Below are positions 1 to 10,342 of a stretch of 64,000 bases of DNA, piece after piece (the stretch's first letter is position 1; every line of letters begins with the position of its first letter). The notes beneath the pieces were generated by a model. That model was given only the letters and a program-made list of their open reading frames with translations. It ran no database searches and had not been told where the DNA came from. The stretch spans positions 1 to 64,000 of the forward strand of contig JBBRNJ010000020.1 in NCBI GenBank assembly GCA_038230375.1. Reading direction: 5' to 3'. The position numbers and the translations under genes were made by a program. This stretch comes from Polyangiales bacterium. GTDB lineage: Bacteria > Myxococcota_A > Polyangia > Polyangiales > Polyangiaceae.

Positions 1-122
1 ACCTCGGCGGCTTCACCGTCTTCGTCTCCGGGCGGCGGCGGCGGAATGCTGTCGTCACTCGTGACTGCGAGAGAAGCCTTTTGCTTCTTCCCGTTCACGT
101 TCTCTTTCTTCGCGCGTGCCAT
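1..122 (-). CDS. 5' end of a gene running off the window (MARAKKENVNGKKQKASLAVTSDDSIPPPPPGDEDGEAAE...); possibly the N-terminal extension of Rho
   Basis: ATG at 122 opens a frame to the window edge; charged, low-complexity N-terminus; long C-rich leader upstream. The Rho identity is inference only. Confidence 0.45.
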   Translation of the reverse strand, partial: MARAKKENVNGKKQKASLAVTSDDSIPPPPPGDEDGEAAE

Positions 123-557
123 GGACGACGGTGTTCTTTCGGATGTTCGAAAAGCGAGTTTGACAACAGTCGAGTCTGAGCTAGCGAATGAGGAGCGGTC
201 TTTACGAGCAGGGCGCGAAGGGTTGACGGAGCTGCTTCTGGAAGCGGGGAGCGGGGCGGAGAGCGAGGCAGGGATGGGGCGGTCCGTAGTGGCAGGAGCG
301 CTTGCCAGGCTGGTCGTGTGCGACCTCCCTTTCCGATGATCCTGCGTTTTCACTTTCGTTTCAATCGCTCCGCCTGATTTAAAGCGTGCGACCTCTGTTC
401 CGGGATGAGTGGAAAAGTGGGAGCCCGTCCCCTGCCGGATCTGCCGATGACTGTTGGGTTGGGGAGTCGCGCGTGAATCTCTGGGCATGGGGGCTGGCTC
501 TTTCCGAGTGTACGAACGCGTGCGCGCGTGTGCGCTTGACGAAAAACCTCGTGTAAC

Positions 558-2336
558 GTGACCGGCGCGATGCGATGGAGGCGGCGAGATTCGAATGAGG
601 TGAGCCGCCCTGATCCTCTCTACGCACGCATGCGTCGGGTGGTTGTGCAGGAGCCGATGCTCTTCGTGCGATTGCTCGTGGGAGCAGTCATGCACGCTCT
701 CGGCCATGCTGCAGTGGCGGCAGCAGCGGGGACTTGTGCGCGCGCTCTGGCAGGGGGCACACCACCTTCGGTCGGGGGTTTGGGCGCCCGATGGATGTTG
801 TTTTTCCAGTCGAACGACGCGCGCGTGATCGCGTTCGTGGGGCTCTGCGCGGTGATGGTGAAGGTGGGCGCTGCGATCGTCGCTGCGCAAAGCGAAGTAG
901 TGATCGCCAAGCTGGTTGGCGATCGCCTCCGCGTTGACCTGCTCGACGGGTGGCTGCGTCATCATCGTTTGCGAAGCGTAGGACATCGAGATCAGGGTGG
1001 TGCGCACGTGGCCCATCACGCCCAGCACCCCCAGCGGGAGGGGCGTGCTCACCCGGCGGCGGCGGCCGCGCAGGCGACCCTGCATGTGATGGATGTGGAG
1101 CAAGGCGTTGTGCGCGGCGCGATCGGTCGTGCGCGTGCGATCGCCGAGCTGTTGCCCCTGTGCGCGCTTCTGCTCGCGCTGAACCCGAAGCTCGCGCTGG
1201 CGGCCGCGGTGAGCGCGCTGCCGTTTGCGATCCTCACCGGGCGCGCGCGCAAGCGACTGCGCCGCTAGATCGCGGAGGGCCACGACGAGGTGGACGCGCT
1301 CGCGACCGCCGCGGACGAGGCCGTGCGACACGCGGATCTGTGGACCGTGTTCGGCGCGGAGGCGCGCGTGCGGTCGTCCGTGGCGCGGCTCGGCAAGACG
1401 CTGCGGGCGCGGGCGTCACGCGTGGCGGTGTTGACGGCGGCCACGAGCGGAGCGAACGAAGTGCTTGCGGCCGTCGCGCTGGTGTTGACCGCGGTCGCGG
1501 CGAAGGCTGGATGGTTCGGGTTGTCGGATGGAGGGCTGTTGCCTTTCATGGTGGCTTTCTTTCTTGCGTACAAGCCGCTGCGAGCGCTGTCGGACGCGAG
1601 GATCGCGGATGCGCGGGCGAGGATCATGCTGGAGAAGATGGGGCCGCTGCTCGAGCGTGAGAACGACCTCGACAACGACGTCGACAACGACCTCGACCTC
1701 GACCACGACCACGACCACGACGGTTGGGGGGTTGGGTCTCTTGTTGTTCGGGATTTGATGGTGCGGGGGGCTTCGGCTCCTTTGTCTTTCGAGGTGCGGC
1801 CTGGGGAGCTCGTGGTGGTGGTGGGACCCACGGGGGTTGGGAAGACGACGTTGCTTCGTACGTTGCTCGGACTGGAGAGCTCGGCGGGTGGGAGCATTGT
1901 TTTTGCGGGGCGGGAGATCTCGGGGGCTGCGGTGGGACCTTCGGCTCGGCCTTTCTCGTTCGTTCCTCAGGATGCTCCCATCGTCGCTGACACGCTGATT
2001 GAGAACGTCGCGCTTGGTGGTGGGCTCGATGCGCGCGGCTTGCTTGCGGCTCTGGGTGCTGAGCCTCTCTCGATCTTGCTCGGTGACCAGGAGCGGCTCG
2101 GGCCCGGTGGGCGTGCACTGTCCGGTGGTGAGCGACAGCTCGTGTGCATGGCTCGCGCATTCGCTTCGCGCTCGCCGATCGTCGTGCTGGACGAGCCCAC
2201 GAGCGGCCTGGATGCGGCGGCGGAGCGCGCCGTACTAGGCTTCCTTTCGAAGGAGAAGACGCGCAGGCCGATCCTCATGGTCTCGCACAAGCCCGGCCCC
2301 ATCGCGGCCGCCGATCGCATTGTCACTCTGACGTGA
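558..2336 (+). pseudogene. ABC exporter (TMD+NBD fusion, MsbA-like) interrupted by an in-frame TAG at 1266-1268
   Basis: ORFs 558-1268 and 1290-2336 share a frame; joined they give about 590 codons with TM helices, Walker A GPTGVGKT, signature LSGGERQ, Walker B VVLDEPT and H-loop SH. Confidence 0.8.
1665..1721 (+). repeat. GACNWC hexamer tandem repeat encoding a (D-x)n linker DLDNDVDNDLDLDHDHDHD
   Basis: GACCTC GACAAC GACGTC GACAAC GACCTC GACCTC GACCAC GACCAC GACCAC GAC read directly. Confidence 0.9.
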
Positions 2337-2339
2337 AGC

Positions 2340-3191
2340 TCACACCCGCGGCGCGCTCACGCGCGACGAGAGCAGCAGCCGCACGACCTGGAAGCGCTGG
2401 CCCCGGAACGGCTCCAGCAGCTCCACCATGCGCTCGTCGGTGCCGCGCGGCTTTCGTTCGAAGATCCACGCGACGAGATGCGGCAGGTGCAGATCTCCCA
2501 GGGGCAACGCGTCCATGTCGCCCGCGCCAAAGCCCATCGTCATGTCAGTGGTCCACGGGCCGATACCTCGCACGAAGAGGAGCCGCCTGCGCAGCTCCTC
2601 GTGGGAGGTGAGCAGCGACAGGAAGCTGCGGAACTGCTCGTCCCGCGCCAGCTGGATGAGCGCGCGCGCCCTCTTCTTGTCGACTCCGACGCGCTCGATC
2701 TCCCACGTGGGCATCCTGGCCACGCGCGCCGCACTCGGGAACGACACCCCGAGCGGCGACTCCTCGCCATGCAGCTTCGCCAGTGCCGTGTACTGGCGCG
2801 TGGCATCGCGAAATGCGATGCGCTGCTGAAGGATGGCGGACACGCCAATCTCCCAGAGCCACGGCACGGGCAGCACGCGCAGCCCAGGCGATGCGCGATG
2901 CAGCTTTGTCAGGAACGCATGTGCGGGCGGCAACTGCGGCCGCGGGTGGCTGTTGCGGAGAGCGGCAAGCCACGCGTCGATCTCCTGCTGCTCGAAGTCC
3001 CCTTCGACGCGGACGCGCACGCCCGCGCGCGTTCTCTTCAGCGTCACGCGCGCAAACCCTACGCGCGTGGAGAACACCTTCACGAGCAGGTTCTCTTCCA
3101 GCGTGGCCGACGGATCGCCGGGGCCGACGCGCGACGAGAAGAAGGTGCGACGGACGTCGACCGCGCCGATCGCGAGCTCCTCCTCGAACAA
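2340..3191 (-). CDS. DNA-3-methyladenine glycosylase II (AlkA-like, HhH-GPD family)
   Basis: AILQQRI, FPSA, HhH motif LLFVRGIGPWT, and LPLGDLHL. Confidence 0.85.
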   Translation of the reverse strand: MFEEELAIGAVDVRRTFFSSRVGPGDPSATLEENLLVKVFSTRVGFARVTLKRTRAGVRVRVEGDFEQQEIDAWLAALRNSHPRPQLPPAHAFLTKLHRASPGLRVLPVPWLWEIGVSAILQQRIAFRDATRQYTALAKLHGEESPLGVSFPSAARVARMPTWEIERVGVDKKRARALIQLARDEQFRSFLSLLTSHEELRRRLLFVRGIGPWTTDMTMGFGAGDMDALPLGDLHLPHLVAWIFERKPRGTDERMVELLEPFRGQRFQVVRLLLSSRVSAPRV

Positions 3192-3194
3192 CTC

Positions 3195-4376
3195 TTACAC
3201 TCCGTAGATCGGGTACGCGCGCGGGGGCGGCTGCGGCGTCACCGCGACGAGGCGCTTGATGCCAAAGAAGAAGAGACCCACGCCCAGCACCAGAGGCAGC
3301 ACGCCGAAGAGGAGCGCCACGATGACGAACGCACCGGTACCGGGAGCTTCGGCGCCACCACCGTGGTTCGGTGATGCGATCAACACAACGGAGCCAAGCG
3401 TCATGAGCCCACCAAACGACGCAAGCACGAACCCAAACCCGAGCATGAGCCACGACACGACAGCGCTCCCCGCTGACCCACCCCCCTGCACCTGCACGTG
3501 CGCGGACTGCATGCGCGGCTGTGTGGACGGATACGCCGGACCGCCCGCCTGCTGATTCTGCGACGACGCGTAGGTCCACACGGGCTGCTGGACGAAGCCT
3601 GCAAACCACGGAGGAGGAGGAGGAGGCTGACCGGCGTACCACGCTGCCCACCGCGACGCGTGCCACACCTGCTGCTCCTTGCGAAGGCGTCCCGACAGGA
3701 TGATGGCCCACGTGATCTCACCGATGAGCGTGGCGAGCGTGACAAGGAGGAAGAGGCCCGCGAGACCAGCGCTCTCCTTCGGGATGGGCTTCTCCGCGCT
3801 GAGCCGTGCGGCTGTGAGGAGCGGAGCGTCGTACGCGCCGTGGAGCAACATGGGAATGAGGAACCCAAGGACCATCAGCTTGGTGCGCTTGTGTGGCGTG
3901 AACTTCGCCTGGCCGATGAAGTAGCCCATCACCGCGCCCATGCTGGCGTGGCACGGCACCGCGGAGAGCGCGCGCATGATCGCTGCGCCGCCGCCGCCCT
4001 GGGTCACGTAGAGGATGTTCTCCAGCGTGGCGAAGCCGAGCGACGCGACGGCGCCATAGACGATGCCGTCCATGGGCTCGTCGAACTCCTTGTGGCGCAT
4101 GCAGAAGAGCGTGACGACGCCGTACTTGAAGAGCTCCTCGGTGAAGCCCGCACAGAAGAACCCCTCGAGCGTCCCGTTCAGGAAGGGGTTCTCCACGTGC
4201 TTGATCGCAGCGTTGATGATGAGCTCCACGATCACGACCGGAATGACGATCGCCACGCCAAGGCCGAAGGTCGCCCAGACCACGCGCTGCGGCTCCGGGT
4301 ACACGTCCCGCGAGTGGAAGAACCAGATGAGGAGCATCGACGGCACGATCGCCGACACGAGCAGGAAGGGGACCAC
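3195..4376 (-). CDS. PrsW-family intramembrane glutamic protease with a Pro/Gln-rich C-terminal extension
   Basis: FTEELFK, GFATLEN, CHASMG and HGAYD motifs; multiple TM helices. Confidence 0.9.
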   Translation of the reverse strand: MVPFLLVSAIVPSMLLIWFFHSRDVYPEPQRVVWATFGLGVAIVIPVVIVELIINAAIKHVENPFLNGTLEGFFCAGFTEELFKYGVVTLFCMRHKEFDEPMDGIVYGAVASLGFATLENILYVTQGGGGAAIMRALSAVPCHASMGAVMGYFIGQAKFTPHKRTKLMVLGFLIPMLLHGAYDAPLLTAARLSAEKPIPKESAGLAGLFLLVTLATLIGEITWAIILSGRLRKEQQVWHASRWAAWYAGQPPPPPPWFAGFVQQPVWTYASSQNQQAGGPAYPSTQPRMQSAHVQVQGGGSAGSAVVSWLMLGFGFVLASFGGLMTLGSVVLIASPNHGGGAEAPGTGAFVIVALLFGVLPLVLGVGLFFFGIKRLVAVTPQPPPRAYPIYGV

Positions 4377-4421
4377 GAACGGAGCTTATCTGGCGCGGGG
4401 AGATGCGCTACTTTCGAATGC

Positions 4422-5780
4422 ATGGCCTTTCGCCTTGTTCGCAGTCCGATCACAGCGCTCGCACTCATCCTTCTGCCGACGCTCTCCGCATGCGCGGGCT
4501 CGCCCGTCATGCAGGCCGCGGAGAAGGGCGACTACGCGACGATGCAGAAGGAGATCGGCGCGCGGCAGAAGGCTGGCTCGCTCGGCAACGACGAGGCGCG
4601 GGAGCTCGCGGTCCTGGTGCTGAGGCACGAGATCGACGTGGCCAAGGGCGACGACCTCGTGAAGCGGATTCGCGAGGCGCGCGCGTGCTCGCCAGAGCTC
4701 CAGGCCACGCTCGAGAAGAAGATGACCATGCACGATGCCGGCGGCGCCGAGGCCGCGCTGGTGCTGTACGAGGACGGAAAGCTAGAGGGCGCCGAGGCAC
4801 GCGAGCACACGGATGCGCCAGATGAGGCATGGCGGGCCGTTGGCGCAGCGGCGCTGGTCCGTGACATCGACGCGCCCAGGCGCAGGCAGGCCATCGTTGA
4901 CCCGAGCCCGCGCGTGCGAAAGGCCGCTATTTCAGCCTCCGCGCTCGCCGGGGACCAGGGAGATGCGAACGTGCTGTTCGAGACGGCGCGCGTGGATCCG
5001 GATCCGTTCGTCCGCACGTACGCGCTGCGCGCGCTCGCGCTCCTGGGCGGTGACCGCGGACCGGACGCGAAGGAGAGCCGCATCGCGAACGAGATCACAC
5101 TTCGCTTCGTGGACCTCTGGAACGCAGGTGACGACGCGCTGAAGGAGGACGTGGGCGGGCAGCTCGCCATCTCTCCTCTCTACGAGGCGGGCGGGCGCGA
5201 GCGTCTCCGCATGCTCATGGCCGAAGGCCACGGGGCGGGCGTGATAGCAGCTGCCGCGGCGGTTGCTCGCAGACCGGAGCCGACCGAAGCCCCGGACCGA
5301 GAGCTGCGTGGCACCGCCACCGGTATCCTCCTCCGGACCATCGAGACGGGCAGCAAGCGAGAGCGCTCACACGCGATCGCAACGGCCCCGCTCTTTCCGG
5401 AGATCGTGAAGGCGCTGGTCAAGGTGAAGGACGACGATGACGTTGCCGTTCGCCTCGCGGTCCTCTCGCGGCTCGCGAACGTCATCGCCGAGCGTACGTA
5501 CGCCATCAAGGGCCTGGAGGCGCTCGCCGCGAAGAAGGACGACGAGGAGCTGTCGGCACGCGCGAAGCTCGCGCTGGCGAGCGCAGGTGACGCCCGCATC
5601 CAAGGTTGGATCGAGGAGGACCTGCAATCCGCGAACCCGACCATCCGCCTTGGCGCGGTCATCGCCCTGGCGGCCATGGGCAAGGCGGCGCGCGGCGCGG
5701 TCATCATGTCGGATGCGGACGCAAGCATTCGCACGCGATCGGCCTGCATGATCGCCGCGTCCGTGCGCATCCATCACTGA
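4422..5780 (+). CDS. HEAT-repeat lipoprotein
   Basis: Lipobox LSAC after a hydrophobic signal; repeats such as DPSPRVRKAA, DPDPFVRTYAL, DDDVAVRLAVL. Confidence 0.75.
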   Translation: MAFRLVRSPITALALILLPTLSACAGSPVMQAAEKGDYATMQKEIGARQKAGSLGNDEARELAVLVLRHEIDVAKGDDLVKRIREARACSPELQATLEKKMTMHDAGGAEAALVLYEDGKLEGAEAREHTDAPDEAWRAVGAAALVRDIDAPRRRQAIVDPSPRVRKAAISASALAGDQGDANVLFETARVDPDPFVRTYALRALALLGGDRGPDAKESRIANEITLRFVDLWNAGDDALKEDVGGQLAISPLYEAGGRERLRMLMAEGHGAGVIAAAAAVARRPEPTEAPDRELRGTATGILLRTIETGSKRERSHAIATAPLFPEIVKALVKVKDDDDVAVRLAVLSRLANVIAERTYAIKGLEALAAKKDDEELSARAKLALASAGDARIQGWIEEDLQSANPTIRLGAVIALAAMGKAARGAVIMSDADASIRTRSACMIAASVRIHH

Positions 5781-5790
5781 CGGTGCCGAG

Positions 5791-6594
5791 CTACGGCACT
5801 GTCGGGTTCAGCGAGCACTCCATCATGCACTCGAGCAGCGGGGTGCCACACCAGCCGCCACCGTGTAGCCGGCCGCACTCTGCCTCGCACGCAGCCTCCT
5901 GAGCCTTGGTGCGAGGCCGGCGCGCGTTCACCCTGGCCATGTGCGCGGCTTGGGCACGGGCGTTGTCGCATTGCCCTTCGCAGCTGCCCTCCGCAAGGTC
6001 TGCCTCCCTCTCGGGTAGCGTGTGGGCGACCTTCTTTCCCAGCGCCTCGCACGCGGCGTAGCCCCGAGGCGCGCGTGAGCACGAACGACCGGCCTCCTCG
6101 GTGGCGGTGTGAATGGTGGCCAGGCGCGACGCGCGGCAGCGCTCCTCGCACGCGAGAGAGAGGTTTGTGGTGGCGTCCTCCACGCTGACGTCGGGTCCGC
6201 CAACGCGTGGAAGTGAATCTACGCGGCCGTCGGTGCGCGCGGGATCCCTCTCGAGCGCGTAGTAGGCCTGGTAGTCCACCGCGAACGGGCGAAAGAACGT
6301 GACATCGCACGCGCCGTCTCCGAACCACTGGGCGCCGCACTCACGCTCTGTCGCCTGCATCAGCACGGCTGCGGAGGCGGCCGCGCGATCGGCCCTGTCC
6401 TTCATCTCGGGTGTGTGCGCGGGGCCGATGCGTTTAGTGGGGACGCTCTCGACGACGATCTGTGCGGCTGGTGGTGGTGGTGTAGTGGACTTTGTGGGGG
6501 CTTGCTGGTGGGCGCAGGCGACAAGGAGGGTGGCGATCACGAGCGCGCTCGGGAGGGCGGGCGCGGATCGGGGCTTCGAGATCTCCACGGCCAT
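5791..6594 (-). CDS. Hypothetical Cys-rich lipoprotein
   Basis: LVAC lipobox, Pro-rich linker, repeated CxxxC motifs (CEERC, CEGQC, CEAEC, CMMEC). Confidence 0.6.
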   Translation of the reverse strand: MAVEISKPRSAPALPSALVIATLLVACAHQQAPTKSTTPPPPAAQIVVESVPTKRIGPAHTPEMKDRADRAAASAAVLMQATERECGAQWFGDGACDVTFFRPFAVDYQAYYALERDPARTDGRVDSLPRVGGPDVSVEDATTNLSLACEERCRASRLATIHTATEEAGRSCSRAPRGYAACEALGKKVAHTLPEREADLAEGSCEGQCDNARAQAAHMARVNARRPRTKAQEAACEAECGRLHGGGWCGTPLLECMMECSLNPTVP

Positions 6595-6655
6595 CCATAC
6601 GAGCGTGGACTGGCGGAGCTTCCCACGCAAGGTGCGGGGCGTGTAGCTTTGGCGC

Positions 6656-7267
6656 ATGAAGCTGTTCTTCACGGATACTTCACCCTTTGTGCGCAAGGTG
6701 CGGGTGGCTGCTGCGGAGCTTGGGATCTCGGAGCGTCTGACGCTGGAGTTCTTGCGACCCTCGCAGCTCAAGGCGGACCCGGTGTTGTCGAAGCTGAACC
6801 CGCTGTCGAAGATCCCTGCTCTCGTGCTCGACGACGGCACCACGCTGTTCGACTCGCCGGTCATCTGTGAGTATCTCGACACGCTCACCGAGCGGGCGCT
6901 CTGTCCGCGGTCGGGGCCTGCGCGGTTCCGTGTATTGCGCACACAAGCGCTCACGGATGGAATCCTCGAGGCCGCCGTCAACGTGTTCTACGAGCACATG
7001 TACCGCCCGAAGGAGAGCCACTTCCAGCCGTTCCTGGACGCGCAGGCGCAGAAGGGGAACCAGGGGCTGGACGAGCTCGAGCGGCTGGCAAAGGACTTCG
7101 GAGAGGAGCCTGACCTTGCGCAGATCTGTGCGGCCGTGACGGTCGGGTGGCTCGAGTTCCGCAAGCTCCTCGGCGACGTGCGCGCGAACCGGCCCACGCT
7201 CGCCGCGTGGTACGACGCGTTTCGTCAGCGGCCCTCGATGAAGTCGACGGAGCCGCCCGCCGCATAG
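6656..7267 (+). CDS. Glutathione S-transferase family protein
   Basis: SPFVRKVRV, NPLSKIPAL, LFDSPVICEYLD. Confidence 0.93.
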   Translation: MKLFFTDTSPFVRKVRVAAAELGISERLTLEFLRPSQLKADPVLSKLNPLSKIPALVLDDGTTLFDSPVICEYLDTLTERALCPRSGPARFRVLRTQALTDGILEAAVNVFYEHMYRPKESHFQPFLDAQAQKGNQGLDELERLAKDFGEEPDLAQICAAVTVGWLEFRKLLGDVRANRPTLAAWYDAFRQRPSMKSTEPPAA

Positions 7268-7442
7268 TCACGCCGAGAGAACGCAGCTTCACGGTGAGAA
7301 CCCGACGTCACGGCGATTCGCCGGAGCCGGCCGTTCACAAGGGCTGGACACTGCAGAACGACGCGACGAGAAGACGGCGACTTGTGCGCGCGCGCGGCCT
7401 TGGCGCGGGCGGAATGGCGGTTGCAGTCGTGGGTGCATCCTT

Positions 7443-8294
7443 ATGCGACCACATGCCGTACCCGCAGTCCTGTCGATCCTCGCCACATGTCTCCTCTGCT
7501 CGGCAGAGGCCGACGCGCAAGAGGATCGCCGCGTGCTGCCACCCGTGAAGAGGGTGGAGCGCGACGAGTCGTGGGTGTTCGTCGACCTGTACTCTCGCGT
7601 CGCGTTCACGACGATGAGCGTGGGCGGGCTCGCCGACACTGCATCCAACTTCGAGGTGGGCGTCGCGACGACGATCTCCACCGGTCGCGAATCCATGGTT
7701 CAGGGCATCTACGACGGGGAGCTCGCGATCGGCGGCGGCGACGCCGACCTGTCGGGCCTCGCGCGCATGTACGGATGGGTCGGGCTCTCGCCCGCCAGGC
7801 GCGGCCCCGTGCGCCCGTTCCTTCGTGTGGGCACCGGCTTCGACTTCCGCGGCAACGACTACTACCTGCACTCGCACGCCGACATCCCCGCAGGGCAGCT
7901 GGGCTTCCGCTTGCTCCGCAACGAGCTCACGTTGGATGCAGGCGCCTTCAGCGCCTACACGGGGACCGGTCGCTTCAACGTGGACGGCAACGAACGCAAG
8001 CTCGATGGCTCGCTTGCGTGGGGTGGGTTCGTGGATGCGCGCAGCCAGGATCGCCAGTGGCCATTCATTGGTCGTGCGGAGTTTCGCTCGTACGGCGACA
8101 CGCTCGCGGCGCCCGGCGTGCGCGCGTGGTCGCTGAAGGCGTGCCTGGTGCAGTGGGAGATCGCCGTCTTCTGTCTGGATGGGAACACCGCCTCTGGCGT
8201 GATCCGCGCGGACGACGGCCCGCACGAGTCCTGGGCGTTCTCCGGCGGGCTCACTGCGGGCGTGGGCGTCTTGTCGCCGACGCGAGATCTGTGA
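7443..8294 (+). CDS. Secreted hypothetical protein, probable outer-membrane beta-barrel
   Basis: Signal peptide ending ADA; alternating amphipathic beta-strands rich in aromatic residues and Gly. Confidence 0.55.
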   Translation: MRPHAVPAVLSILATCLLCSAEADAQEDRRVLPPVKRVERDESWVFVDLYSRVAFTTMSVGGLADTASNFEVGVATTISTGRESMVQGIYDGELAIGGGDADLSGLARMYGWVGLSPARRGPVRPFLRVGTGFDFRGNDYYLHSHADIPAGQLGFRLLRNELTLDAGAFSAYTGTGRFNVDGNERKLDGSLAWGGFVDARSQDRQWPFIGRAEFRSYGDTLAAPGVRAWSLKACLVQWEIAVFCLDGNTASGVIRADDGPHESWAFSGGLTAGVGVLSPTRDL

Positions 8295-8300
8295 GCGGGC

Positions 8301-9320
8301 TCAGAGTGTGATGACGGCGGCACCCCACGTGAAGCCGCTGCCGAACGCCGCGAAGAGCACGTTCGAGCCGCGCTTGCAGCGACCCTCGCGCCACGCCTCC
8401 GAAAGGCCGAGCGGGATCGTGGCGGCGGTGGTGTTGCCGTACTTCTCGATGTTGGTGACCGTCTTCGACTCGGGGATGCCGAGCTTCTGACCCACGAACT
8501 GGTTGATGCGCAGGTTCGCCTGGTGCGGCACGAACAGATCGATGTCCGCGGCGGTGACCTTCGCTGCATCCATCACGGAGCGCGCGACCTCGGGCATCTT
8601 CTCCGTGGCCCAGCGGAAGACCTGCTTGCCGTTCATCGCGGGGAAGTGCTTGCCCTCGTCGATCATCTCCTTCGTGAGGCGCGGGTCGTATGCGCTCGCA
8701 GGCGCCTCGAGCCAGAGCTCCTTGGCGCCGCTGCCGTCGGCGTGGATCTCCAGCGACTTGAGCCCCTGCCCCGGCTCTTTCGCGGCGCCGATGATGGCTG
8801 CGCCTGCGCCGTCTCCGAAGAGGACGGCCACGTCGCGCCCGCGATCGTTCAGCTCGATACCTGTAGAATGCACCTCTGCGCCGACCAGCAGCACGTGCTC
8901 GTACACGCCTGCGCGCACCCATGCGTCCGCCACGGACAGGCCGTAGAGGAAGCCCGAGCACTGGTTGCGCACGTCCAGCGCGGGCACGCCGGGCAGCCCG
9001 AGCTTGTCACCGAGGAAGCAGCCAGAGCCCGGAAAATTGTGGTCCGGTGAGAGCGTCGCGAAGATGATCGCATCGACGTCCTTCGCCGTGAGACCCGCGT
9101 GCTCCAGGGCCATCTTCGATGCAGGCAGCGCAAGGTCGCTTGCGCCAATGCCGGAGTGCTCGATGTAGCGGCGCTCCTTGATGCCGGAGCGCTGCACGAT
9201 CCACTCGTCCGACGTGGTCATGAGCTTCGCAAGGTCGTTGTTGGTGACGACCTTGGACGGGACATAGTGACCGATACCCAGGATGGTGGACGCGAGGGCC
9301 GACTTCATGACTTTCCTCAT
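8301..9320 (-). CDS. fabH: 3-oxoacyl-ACP synthase III
   Basis: DVRNQCSGF catalytic Cys, LFGDGAGA, PHQANLRI, YGNTTAA, FGSGFTWG. Confidence 0.95.
   Translation of the reverse strand: MRKVMKSALASTILGIGHYVPSKVVTNNDLAKLMTTSDEWIVQRSGIKERRYIEHSGIGASDLALPASKMALEHAGLTAKDVDAIIFATLSPDHNFPGSGCFLGDKLGLPGVPALDVRNQCSGFLYGLSVADAWVRAGVYEHVLLVGAEVHSTGIELNDRGRDVAVLFGDGAGAAIIGAAKEPGQGLKSLEIHADGSGAKELWLEAPASAYDPRLTKEMIDEGKHFPAMNGKQVFRWATEKMPEVARSVMDAAKVTAADIDLFVPHQANLRINQFVGQKLGIPESKTVTNIEKYGNTTAATIPLGLSEAWREGRCKRGSNVLFAAFGSGFTWGAAVITL
8861..8873. promoter_or_regulatory. TGYA-N3-TRCA palindrome site (in fabH)
   Basis: CTGTAGAATGCAC. Confidence 0.6.
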
Positions 9321-9394
9321 GGTTCCGGAACGCACCATCTGCAAGGAAAAAAGCTCGACGCAGGGCGCCAAGGCCGCATAGAAACGATCCCGCA

Positions 9395-10342
9395 ATGATG
9401 CGAAAGATTCTCTTCGGGGCGGTTCTCTCTTTCTCACTCATGAGCACGGGGTGCCTGAAAGCCATCCTCGTCGATGGCCAGATGAAGGGCAGCCGGGAAG
9501 GCTCGGGCGCGTTCGACCAGCTCGGTGACTACGAGCTCGCGCGCTCGGCGCTGTCCTCGGCCATCGTGCAGTTCGAAGGCCTGCACGGCTTCCGTCCCGA
9601 CAACGAGGACGGCTACATGCTCCTCATGAAGGCCTGGACCGGCTACGCGTACGGCTTTGCCCAGGACGACTACGAAGAGGCGCTGCTCACCGGCAACGAA
9701 GAGCTCATCGAGTACCAGAAGAAGCGCGCGAAGATGGCGTTCGACCGCGGCGTCTTCTACGGGCAGGAGGTCATCGCCAAGCGCGCCGATGGCTTCACGG
9801 AAGCCAAGAAGAGCGAGCCCACCCTTCGCGCCTGGCTCGACGAGAACTTCAAAGACAAGGAGGACGCGTCCCTCCTCTTCTGGGCGGCGTACCCGTGGGT
9901 CGCGCGCGTGCAGCTGATGAAGGAGGAGTCGCAGTTCGTCGGCGAGCTCTACATCGGCATCGCGCTGGTCGCACACAGCCGCAAGCTCGACCCCGATGTC
10001 GAGAACTACAGCGCCACCACCGTCATGGCGGCGTACCACGCGCGCAACGTGAGCGCGGAGCCCGCCGAGTCGAAGAAGATGTTCGACGAGGTCCTGCAGA
10101 AGACGGGCCGCAAGCAGCTCCTCGTCCAGATCAACTACGCGCGGTCGTACGCGTGCACCACGGCAAACAAGGATCTCTACGAGCAGCTCCTGAACGAGGT
10201 CCTGAACGCGGACGACCCCGACCCGAAGTTCCGGCTGCAGAACGTGATGGCGAAGCGCCGCGCGAAGCGGTCGCTCACGAAGACATTCTACGAGGACTGC
10301 GGCTTCACGAGCGCCCCGATGGCGAAGCCGAAGCCTGAGTGA
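9395..10342 (+). CDS. TRAP transporter T component (TatT-like lipoprotein)
   Basis: STGC lipobox; helical protein with D.ELARSAL..., PDN, YAYGF and NVMAKRRAK patterns typical of TatT; DctP/Q/M genes downstream. Confidence 0.8.
   Translation: MMRKILFGAVLSFSLMSTGCLKAILVDGQMKGSREGSGAFDQLGDYELARSALSSAIVQFEGLHGFRPDNEDGYMLLMKAWTGYAYGFAQDDYEEALLTGNEELIEYQKKRAKMAFDRGVFYGQEVIAKRADGFTEAKKSEPTLRAWLDENFKDKEDASLLFWAAYPWVARVQLMKEESQFVGELYIGIALVAHSRKLDPDVENYSATTVMAAYHARNVSAEPAESKKMFDEVLQKTGRKQLLVQINYARSYACTTANKDLYEQLLNEVLNADDPDPKFRLQNVMAKRRAKRSLTKTFYEDCGFTSAPMAKPKPE

Noticed and set aside
1266..1268. Genome-wide TAG recoding or pyrrolysine
   Set aside because: TAG ends GST, carB, LysR and other genes at their expected C-termini, and no pyl genes are seen.
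7268..7320. Three TCACG-containing imperfect repeats in an intergenic gap
   Set aside because: Short, degenerate and irregularly spaced; cannot be distinguished from chance.
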